Positions 28,584 through 39,641 of a stretch of 64,000 bases of DNA are shown here, piece by piece. A model generated the notes under the pieces. The model searched no databases. It was not told the origin of the DNA and worked only from the letters and a program-made list of their open reading frames with translations. Numbering within the stretch: the stretch's first letter is position 1; each line of letters starts with the position of its first letter. Both the position numbers and the translations under genes were made by a program. The stretch comes from Eledone cirrhosa (Eukaryota). The stretch covers positions 19,096,001 through 19,160,000 of the forward strand of contig OZ024741.1 of the NCBI GenBank assembly GCA_964016885.1, read 5' to 3'.

Positions 28584-28625
28584 TATGTATGTATGTATAT
28601 GTATATATATGTATGTATGTATATG

Positions 28626-28656
<31 letters not shown>

Positions 28657-28751
28657 ATGTATATATATATATATATGTATGTATGTGTATGTATGTGTAT
28701 ATATATATGTATGTATGTGTATGTATATATGTGTATGTATATATATGTATG

Positions 28752-28784
<33 letters not shown>

Positions 28785-28849
28785 ATGTATATATGTATGT
28801 ATGTATATGTATATATATATATATATATGTGTATATGTATATATATATA

Positions 28850-29371
28850 TGAATTAGTTTAGCGAGGTTTTTTATATGAAATCGTGTCGAAACAGATATT
28901 GTTATACTTGGGGAGGGTCATATTTGCGTAATATTGCCAGAATTAATAACAGAACACACTCACTGTTTGGTTGGTTTTCGCTTCTCGCTGTCTTTTATAT
29001 CTGCGATCTAACTTACTCGGTCCTCAATGTTGCCATTGACTGAGCGACGGTCAAAAATAATACAGATACAATATAGACACAAACACATATTTGCGTAATA
29101 TGGCCAGAATTAATAACAGAACACACTCACTGTTTGGTTGGTTTTCGCTTCTCGCTGTTCTCTATGTAAACTATATATATGTGTTTGTGTCTATATTGTA
29201 TCTGTGTTATTTTTGACCGTCGGTCAGTCAATGGCAACATTGAGGACCGAGTAAGTTAGATCGCAGATATAAAAGACAGCGAGAAGCGAAAACCAACCAA
29301 ACAGTGAGTGTGTTCTGTTATTAATTCTGGCAATATTACACAAATATGACCCTCCCCAAGTATAACAATAT
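28850..29371. repeat. Long fold-back in (TA)n, ~195-bp arms
   Basis: Arms 28896-29090 and 29177-29371; the loop repeats ~28919-28990 in direct orientation. Confidence 0.85.
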
Positions 29372-29707
29372 ATATATATGTATGTATGTATATGTATATA
29401 TATATGTATGTATGTATATGTATATATATATGTATGTATGTATATGTATATATATATGTATGTATATATATATGTATGTATATATATATGTGTATGCATG
29501 TATGTATATATCTATATATGTGTATGCATGTATGTATATATCTATATATGTATATGTATGTATGTATGTATATATATGTATGTATGTATGTATATATGTA
29601 TATATGTATGTATGTATATATGTATATATGTATGTATGTATATATGTATATATGTATGTATGTATATATGTATATATGTATGTATGTATATATGTATATA
29701 TATGTAT

Positions 29708-30310
29708 GGTCACCAGTTGGTGCTACTGGTAACATGTATCCCAGTACAACCTGTTTCATGGTCGGGTCGTTGGCGACTAAACTGGCAACCCCACCAAGGT
29801 TTCTTGGTGAGGAGGGTGACTTTGGATATCCTGCAGGACAAAAAATAAAACCTGTCAAAGGGCAAAGGATCTCTTAAGAATCAATGGCCATCCAAAATCA
29901 CCGGGAGAGATGACCCCTTAGCCTTTGTCAAGGCAGAATTCTAGGAGAAGGAAAACTCTGATATAACACCTGCAACCCTGATGGTATCCAATGATGTTGA
30001 CTTGTTCTTCTTTTTGGTAAATATCATCTTGGTTAAGAGAGTGGGACTGGCTTTGTGCAGTGCCTTTGCTCACTATAAAAGCTTCACGGCACAGGCATTG
30101 CTTTATATCTGGAGATCTCTCTGCACTTGTCGTCACATGGTACCATGGGCCCAGCACTATGTGTCAATAATTGTCACAAGTGTAGTGTTTGTACCAGAGT
30201 TTTCAAGTCGCTGGCTGGACTAAAAAGTCACACTCGTTCAGCACATCAGTAGGGGTTCTCCTACATGGATATAAAGTAGTGGCCGTACTCGAAAACGAGT
30301 TGGCAGCCAC
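29708..30310. repeat. Unclassified interspersed repeat, possibly a LINE 5' UTR region
   Basis: High-complexity island between TA/TATG arrays; contains the second copy of 27727-27992. Confidence 0.5.
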
Positions 30311-30388
30311 CATATAAACGTACATATGTATGTATGTATATATATATACAGATATATAGATATATATATATTTTTTTTTTTATGTAAT

Positions 30389-30459
<71 letters not shown>

Positions 30460-30649
30460 TATATATATATATAATATTTATTAAAATAACAGATTAAAGT
30501 TTAAGCAAAGAATCGCTGCTTTCACCCTTATATATATAATATACAGATATATATATATATATATATACAGATATATATATATATGTATATATATTTTAAC
30601 ATAAACACACATGTATGTTGTGGCATGGCAGTAGAGGTGTGATAGCAAT

Positions 30650-33326
30650 AGCTGCTACTGTTGCTGCTACTACTGCAACTGCCGCTGTTACTACTGCAAC
30701 TGTTGCTGCTGCTACTGTTGCTGCTACTACTGCTACTGCCGCTGTTACTACTGCAACTGTTGCTGCTGCTACTGTTGCTGCTACTACTGCTACTGCCGCT
30801 GTTACTACTGCAACTGTTGCTGCTGCTACTGTTGCTGCTACTACTGCTACTACTACTGCAACTGTTGCTGCTGCTACTGTTGCTGCTACTACTGCTACTG
30901 CCGCTGTTACTACTGCAACTGTTGCTGCTGCTACTGTTGCTGCTACTACTGCTACTGCCGCTGTTACTACTGCAACTGTTGCTACTGTTGCTGCTACTAC
31001 TGCTACTGCCGCTAATAATCGTTACATGAACATTGAAAACTCTACTCTCTATCAACCTACTCTCCTCCCTCCTCTCTCCCTCTCCCCTTCCTCCTCTCTC
31101 TCTCTCCTCTCCCTCTCCTCTCTCTCTCCTCTCCCTCATCCTCTCACCTTTTTCCAGTCATATCTAGTCCCACTCTCCCTCCCTCTCTCTGTCAGACATA
31201 ACCAATTCTTTGTGTGTAAAACTGATCAAGCACCACCACCACTACCACCACTACCACCACCACCACTACCACCACCACCACTACCACTACAACCACTACC
31301 ACCACCACCACTACCAGCTGAACACATCAGAGTATATTATATATTTACTAAAGCAACCTCTTAACCCATACATTTATAGCTGTGCCTCTTTATATCTACC
31401 TATACATCTACCTATACATTTACCTATATATCTACCTATACATCTACCTATACATTTACCTATATATCTACCTATACTTCTACCTAAACTTCTACCTATA
31501 CATCTATCTATTTACCTATCTATATATGCGTGAGTAGCCTTGTTGTATTCCTCTATTGTTGATATTGTGGTGGTTGATGTTGTGGTTGATGTTGTGGTTG
31601 ATGTTGTGGTGGTTGATGTTGTGGTTGATGTTGTGGTTGATGTTGTGGTTGATGTTGTGGTGGTTGATGTTGTGGTTGATGTTGTGGTTGATGTTGTGGT
31701 TGATGTTGTGGTGGTTGATGTTGTGGTTGATGTTGTGGTGGTTGATGTTGTGGTTGATGTTGTGGTGGTTGATGTTGTGGTTGATGTTGTGGTTGATGTT
31801 GTGGTGGTTGATGTTGTGGTTGATGTTGTGGTTGATGTTGTGGTGGTTGATGTTGTGGTTGATGTTGTGGTTGATGTTGTGGTTGATATTGTGGTGGTTG
31901 ATGTTGTGGTGGTTGATGTTGTGGTTGATGTTGTGGTGGTTGTTGTGGTGGTTGTTGTGGTGGTTGTTGTGGTTGATGTTGTGGTTGATATTGTGGTGGT
32001 TGATGTTGTGGTTAATGTTGTGGTTGATGTTGTGGTTGATATTGTGGTGGTTGATGTTGTGGTTGATGTTGTGGTTGATGTTGTGGTGGTTGTGGTGGTT
32101 GATGTTGTGGTTGATGTTGTGGTGGTTGTGGTGGTTGATGTTGTTACTACTGTTGTCTATATCCACCTCACTATTTTCATAATTAACATCATCATCGTAG
32201 AAATGATTGGCCTTGTGCCTAAATTAGAAACCACCACCATCTTCACCACCATCACCACCATCATCATCACCTCACCACCACCACCACCACCACCATCACC
32301 ACTACCATCACTACCATCACCACTACCATCACTACCATCATCACCACCACCATCATGTCCACCACCATCATCACCACCGTCATCACCACCACCGTCATCA
32401 CCATCACCACCATGACCACCATTACTACCATCATCACCACCATCACCACCATCACCCCCACTGCCATCACCACCACCGCCACCACCACCACCATCACCAC
32501 TGTCATCACCACCACCTCACCACCATCACCATCACCACCACCATCACCACCACCACCACCATCATCACCACCACCATCATCACCACCACCACCATCATCA
32601 CCACCACCACCATCATCACCACCACCATCACCACCACCATCACCACCACCACCATCACCACCACCACCACCATCATCATCACCACCACCACCATCACCAC
32701 CACCACCATCATCACCACCACCGCCATCATCACCACCACCATCATCACCACCATCACCACCACCACCATCATCACCACCACCATCATCACCATCACCACT
32801 GTCCTCACTACCATCACCACCACCATCACCACCAGCATCAACACCACCATCATCACCACCACCACCGCCTTCACCACCATCATCACCACCACCACCATCA
32901 CCACCATCATCACCACCACCACCACCACCACCATCACCACTGTCATCACTACCATCACCACCATCATCACCACCACCATCACCACCACTATCACCACCAC
33001 CATCACCACCACCATCACCACTATTATTATTATTATTTGTTATGGATTTTATTTTAAATGTTTATTTTTTAGTCTTCTTTCCACAACTCCCCCCCCCCCC
33101 CACAGAGAACCACATTAGTGTCCTCTACCATCTTTATTGTCCCCTTAATGTAAACCCTGGCTGGCTAATAAAGAAACCATTATTATTATTATCCTACCTC
33201 TACTGTATTTCTGTGTGCAAACCCTTGTAGCTAGTAAACTACTACTGCTACTACTACTACTACCACTGCTGCTATTACTACTACTACTACTGCCACAACT
33301 ACTACCACTACCCCTACCACTACCCC

Positions 33327-33360
<34 letters not shown>

Positions 33361-34932
33361 CAAAACCCTTGATGTTTAATTTTCTTCTGTTATTTAATTC
33401 AAAAATGATCGTCAAAATGTTGACCCCCCCCCCCTCTCTCTCTCTCTCTCCGTTATTTTTTATTTACTTTCTTTGACATCATCATCACCGTCACCACCAT
33501 CACCACCAACACTATCATCATCACCGTCACCACCAACACTATCATCATCACCGTCACCACCAACACTATCATCACCACCATCACCACCAACACTATCATC
33601 ATCACCGTCACCACCAACACTATCATCATCACCGTCACCACCAACACTATCATCATCACCATCACCACCAACACTATCATCATCACCGTCACCACCAACA
33701 CTATCATCACCACCATCACCACCAACACTATCATCATCACCATCATCACCATCACCACCAACACTATCATCATCACCGTCACCACCAACACTATCATCAT
33801 CACCATCACCACCAACACTATCATCATCACCATCACCACCAACACTATCATCATCACCATCACCACCAACACTATCATCATCACCGTCACCACCAACACT
33901 ATCATCATCACCATCACCACCAACACTATCATCATCACCGTCACCACCAACACTATCATCATCACCATCACCACCAACACTATCATCATCATCATCATCA
34001 CCGTCACCACCAACACTATCATCATCACCGTCACCACCAACACTATCATCATCACCATCACCACCAACACTATCATCATCACCGTCACCACCATCACCAC
34101 CATCATCACCATCATCACCATCACCACCAACACTATCATCATCACCGTCACCACCATCACCACCATCATCACCATCATCACCATCACCACCAACACTATC
34201 ATCATCACCGTCACCACCATCACTATCATCATCACCGTCACCACCATCACTATCATCATCACCATCACCACCAACACTATCATCATCACCGTCACCACCA
34301 TCACTATCATCATCACCATCACCACCATCACTATCATCATCATCATCATCACCATCACCACCGTCACCATCATCATCACCATCACCACCATCACCACCAT
34401 CACTATCATCATCACCATCATCACCATCACCACCGTCACTATCATCATCACCATCACCACCATCACCACCATCACTATCATCATCATCATCATCTTTGTA
34501 AGCGATGTTGTTACCTTCAACATAATCATCAGCCTCATCATTTGTCATTTTTATCACCCTATCTTCATCGCCATCATCATCATCATCACCGTACCCACTC
34601 CCATCATTGTTGTGTTAAGGAACAGCAGCAGCACCACCTGTGCTGCCGTGAATATCATCATCACCACCACCATCAGCACAATCACTAAAATCATCACCAC
34701 CACCATCACCATCACCACCACCATCACTATCACCACCACTATCATCATCATCACAACTCTCATCATTACCATCAATATTACCACCAGCATCATCACCACC
34801 ACCACCACTATCATCGCCACCACCACCACCACTATCATCACCACCACCACCACCACTATCATCACCACCACCACCACCACTATCATCACCACCACCACCA
34901 CTATCATCACCACCACCATCATCACCACCACT
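30650..34932. repeat. Block of trinucleotide-derived minisatellites (GCT/ACT, ACC, GTTGATGTTGTG, CATCACCAC)
   Basis: Arrays at ~30650-31015, 31230-31315, 31555-32140, 32230-33020, 33475-34495 and 34655-34930. Confidence 0.9.
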
Positions 34933-35249
34933 AACAGGATCTTTCTTTTCCTCTATGCCACATTAGTTTGATTTAATAGCATGTAGCTAATGACTCTGTC
35001 TGAAATATACCTACACATACACACACACACCTACATACACACATACATATATACATATACATATATACATATGTACATATATATATTCATATAAAATAAT
35101 ACAGCCAACTATCCACGGAATACAATATAGTTAGCACCCCAAACACTTAATTGGGATTATACTAAGGTTTATCCAAATGTTTGTTGAGTGAGATGGGAGT
35201 CGGTTGGAGTATCGCGAAAAGCTTTCTCTGTTAATGTATTAAGTATATA

Positions 35250-35547
35250 TATAAAGAAAAAAAGATGAAATCGAAAATGCAACTGGAGTCTTATTGTTAA
35301 AAGAATATATATATTTATTTGTTTCCTTTACTGGTTTCGCAGTTCTTCTGCTTTTCAAAAGTAGAATTGAGATGGAGGGTCTGTGGTTTTTCTCACATCT
35401 CTGAGAAAAACCACAGACCCTCCATCTCAACTCTACTTTTGAAAAGCACAAGAACTGCGAAACCAGTAAAGGAAACAAATAAATATATATATTCTTTTAA
35501 CAATAAGACTCCAGTTGCATTTTCGATTTCATCTTTTTTTCTTTATA
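35250..35547. repeat. Near-perfect ~298-bp palindrome with a degenerate hammerhead-like motif in each arm
   Basis: 6-nt loop CATCTC at 35396-35401, about 2 arm mismatches; CTT-TTGAAAA-GCA..TGC-GAAA-CCAG-TA-AAG at 35436-35471. Confidence 0.85.
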
Positions 35548-35602
35548 CTTTCACTCGTGTAGGACACCTCGGTTATTTTTCATTTTGTAAAAAAAACCTC
35601 AC

Positions 35603-35685
<83 letters not shown>

Positions 35686-35690
35686 CATAC

Positions 35691-35765
<75 letters not shown>

Positions 35766-36290
35766 CACATACATACATATATATACAGTATATATACAGT
35801 ATATAAATGGAAAAATCCTATTTAATTCCTTCCACATGTACATCCTATTATTTGAAATGTTCTCTTCAAACCAATATAATATATAAACACATTCTGCTCA
35901 TTCTGACAAGACCTGGCAGTTATATACTATCATATATAAATCTCTAATCTCCCTTGAGCTTTGTATATGTGCTTTTACCTTTGATTTATATATATATATA
36001 TATGTGTATATGTATGTATGTATGTGTGTATATGTATGTGTACGTGTATTTATATATATGTAGATGTGCGTGTGTATGTGTATATTTGTATGTATGTGTG
36101 TATGTATGTATGTATATGAGTATATATATATATATATCATCATCATCATCATCGTTTAACGTCCACTTTCCACGCTATATATATATATATATATATATAT
36201 ATAGGTAAGTTATTCTGGGTTGAATCGGAGGTAACCACAGTAAGTAAGGTACTCAATACATAGCAGAGTATAAAAGTTTTAATATAGATG

Positions 36291-36341
36291 AGATTCTACA
36301 GGACTAGAACTGTTTCATTCAGGAGAAATCATCAGGAATCT
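36291..36341 (-). ncRNA. Type-I hammerhead ribozyme motif, mirror copy
   Basis: Reverse complement: AGATTC-CTGATGA-TTTCTCCTGAAT-GAAA-CAGTTCTAGTCCTG-TA-GAATCT. Confidence 0.75.
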
Positions 36342-36342
36342 A

Positions 36343-36395
36343 GAGATTCCTGATGATTTCTAAAGAATGAAACAGTTCTAGTCCTGTAGAATCTC
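36343..36395 (+). ncRNA. Type-I hammerhead ribozyme motif
   Basis: GAGATTC-CTGATGA-T[TTCT/AGAA]T-GAAA-CAG(TTCTAGTC)CTG-TA-GAATCTC; 7-bp stem I, GUA site. Confidence 0.8.
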
Positions 36396-36480
36396 ATCTA
36401 TATTAAAACTATATATATATATAAAAGTTAAAGAATGAAGAGTAACATGGTTGGCTGTACAACAAGGGGCTTTATTTAAA

Positions 36481-36591
36481 GTACTGACAATTGTTTCATC
36501 GATCAGATGAGTCTAGAGGTCGCTAATCGCTTGAAGTTGCATCACTCGATCTCCAATACATTATTTACCTCTGGTCAACACATCAGAGTAC
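36481..36591 (-). ncRNA. Degenerate hammerhead motif with an extended stem II
   Basis: Reverse complement: GTACT-CTGATGT-GTTGACCAGA..~70 nt..TCTGATCGAT-GAAA-CAATTG-TC-AGTAC, then AATAAA; core A9 is changed to U. Confidence 0.55.
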
Positions 36592-36823
36592 GTAGATATA
36601 AAAATAATTCACTCGAGGCAAGACTTATATAGAAAAACAGCGTATAATCAAAACAATTACTCATCATTCTTTAACTATTATTACTCCAAGTATAACCTGC
36701 ATAGAAATTACCAGGAACTCGCTGCATCACTATGGAAGCATCTTGTTGAACCAAACAAAGCCGTATGTTAAAACTATCCACGACGTGGATTAACTATAAT
36801 AACTATAATGATACCTTGTTATC

Positions 36824-36862
<39 letters not shown>

Positions 36863-37006
36863 AGCGTTGTAGTTTGCTTGAAGCATTTTTAATTAGGAAA
36901 CACAAATTTAAATAATTTTGAAAACCATACAATGCACTAGAAAATTAAAATTGCTAAGATAACAAGAGAATCAATCTGACCTTAACAAATTTAATAATCC
37001 CATATA

Positions 37007-37057
<51 letters not shown>

Positions 37058-37362
37058 CAAATTTAGATGGGAACAAAACAGAGGCAGACAAATAAGGTTC
37101 ACGCTCTTGAGAGTGGGGGGGGGGGGACATATATATATATATATATATATAGTGTGTGTGTGTGCGTAATGGCAGTTGTTAAAACATTAGATAGAATACA
37201 TTGTAGTATTTCTTCTGTCTTTCTCATCTCTGTTTAAATCCCTCCCTGTCTTTCAACTAGTCCACTATTAGGGTTGATTCTTCCACTAATCAGCTGTGAT
37301 AAGTATTTATGGGGGCTAGGGTATGGATGTGTGTGAGAGAGGGACAGAGAGTGACAAAGAAA

Positions 37363-37421
<59 letters not shown>

Positions 37422-37754
37422 TGTATCAATTGCTTTGTTTTCTTAAAATATTTTGTTCTTTTACACACAAACACACTTCTTTATACTCCTTCTCACACAC
37501 ACATACACATATATATATATATACTCCTTCTCACACATATATATATACTACCTCTCATACATTCTTGCGTGTACATACACAAGTATAGTGTCACCCACAC
37601 ATACATACTACAGTCCTATACGAGGGAGACACAGTCACCCGATCAATCTTGCTTTAAGTGGAGCAATTCCCGTCTAACACATGCTAGACGTTAAACGAAG
37701 ATGATGATGATGATATATAGCATGATATATATATATATATAGCATGCTATATAT

Positions 37755-38610
37755 GATTCCTTCAGGGAAATGGCCATGTTCAATATGCAGAAAAGGAACT
37801 GGCATAAATTCTATAAAATGCACACAATGCAGATCCTGGGTACAGAAGAGATGTAGCGGGATAGCAGGCAAACTAACAGGTAGGGAGAAATACGTATGCA
37901 GTAGATGTACAGGGAAATTAGACAGTAGAAGTCGCATTGATAGACACATTTTTCAAATGCAGGAGGGCGCTATAGAAGTGGTGGATAGCTTGCGGTACCT
38001 AGGAGATCAGATTAGCATGGTAGCATGGGAGGGTGTTGTTCTGAGGCCATAGTATCTAGAATAAGGATGGGTTGGAAGAAGTTTAGGGAGCTGCTTCCTC
38101 TGCTGACGAAGAAGGGCTTCTCCATGTGTACGAAAGGCCGGTTGTATGATGCCTGTGTGAGGAGCGCGATGCTGCATGGTAGTGAGACATGGGCAGCAAC
38201 TGCAGAGGATATGCGACTGCTGGAGAGAAATGAGGCAAGCAAGCTCCGTTGGATGTGCAGTGTAAATGTGCGTGAACGACCCAGCATGAATGTGTTGAGA
38301 GAGAAACTGTGTCTGAGAGGGATAGAATGTAGTGTACGGGAGAGGAGACTGAGGTGGTATGGACATGTGATGTGCATGGAGGATGACTGATGGGTGAAGA
38401 AGTGCCAGGAAATGCCACTTAAAGGAAGACGTGGTAGAGGTAGACCATGAAAAACATGGGCGGAGGTGGTGAGGACAGACCTCAGATCGTTGAAGCTCAC
38501 GGTGGAGATGACGAAGGACCGTGACGAGTGGAGAGATGTTGCGCTGAATAAGACCCGTCCCACTCTTGCAAGCAGGGAAAAGCGGACGTAAAATGATGAT
38601 GATGATGATG
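37755..38610 (+). mobile_element. RTE LINE family B 3' part (PHD finger to tail), frameshifted
   Basis: GKWPCSICRKGTGINSIKCTQC...LRYLGD, HGSETWA and RLRWYGHV; tail ...GCGGACGTAAAAT(GAT)n. Confidence 0.9.
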
Positions 38611-38615
38611 GCATG

Positions 38616-38663
<48 letters not shown>

Positions 38664-38689
38664 ACTGTGCATCTCTCCATTATTTGTGG

Positions 38690-39504
38690 TCTCCCCAGTC
38701 AGCGCACTGTATATATATTTCTGGGGCGGGTAAAATTCCTGAGATCCATGGACGAGTTCTCTCCAACAGTCTCTGTCCCTCATTATCGCTGCCATGTCCT
38801 GCGTCTCCAACAGACCAGTGTCTGTCCTTAGGGCATCAACATACATTAACCTTGGTCTTACTCTTCCAGTTTGTCCATGTAGGGGCTCCCACAGGAACAC
38901 TGAGTGCAATGTCAACTCTGGATGTCGGTGAGCATGTCCAGCTAATCTCAGTCTCCTCTGTGTGACTTTTGAGCTGACTTTTGGGAAGCTCCCATACAGC
39001 TCTGAGGATGGAGACTGCGGAGGTGATGAGGGAAGAACTCTGTACTGCTTACACTGAGGCCAGAGAGGAGGCACTGATAGAGAAGATCAGAAGTGTGGAG
39101 AGAGATTGACAGATCTGGATGTAAGGAGAGCTGGATGATCAACGAGATCACAGGAAGGAAGAGAAAGTGTTTGAGTCAGATCCAGGGAACGGGGCTCGAG
39201 GATAGGAAGGGGAAATGGCTAGACCATTTTAGGACCCTACTAGGAGAGCAACCCTCCACAGCCCAGAGCACTGGGGAGATCAGGCGGCTGTTTGAAGAAC
39301 TGGATATTGAGACAGCCCTTCACCAGAGAGGAGCTTGAGAGAGCCAAGAAGAGGATCAAGGAGGGCAAGGGTCATGGAGAAGATGGAGTGGCAGCAGAGG
39401 TGATGAAGAGGTGTGATTTTGATGATATCATCCTGGGGTTCTGTAACCAGGCACTGGAGAAAGGAGTTGCCCCCAATCAGTGGAGGATCAGTAACATCGT
39501 CCCA

Positions 39505-39508
<4 letters not shown>
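38690..39508. mobile_element. RTE/RTEX-type LINE (family D) with an inverted 5' segment
   Basis: Minus 38690-~39003 encodes RRLRLAGH...LWEP...GRVRPRLMYVD; plus ~39003-39508 encodes PFTREEL...GEDGVAAEV...WRISNIVPV. Confidence 0.8.
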
Positions 39509-39563
<55 letters not shown>

Positions 39564-39641
39564 CATACATATACATACACACATTCACAATGTCTCCCAC
39601 ATGTACATGCTATATGTCAACATTAAAATGACTGATGATGA

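Larger units (their letters stand above)
36203..36410. mobile_element. Penelope-like terminal fold-back insert (family P2)
   Basis: Palindrome 36275-36410 with one-sided tail 36203-36274, embedded in (TA)n. Confidence 0.7.

Noticed and set aside
30528-34971. Poly-Pro/Ser/Thr/Asp-Gly ORFs
   Set aside because: Triplet-derived repeats open in several frames on both strands.
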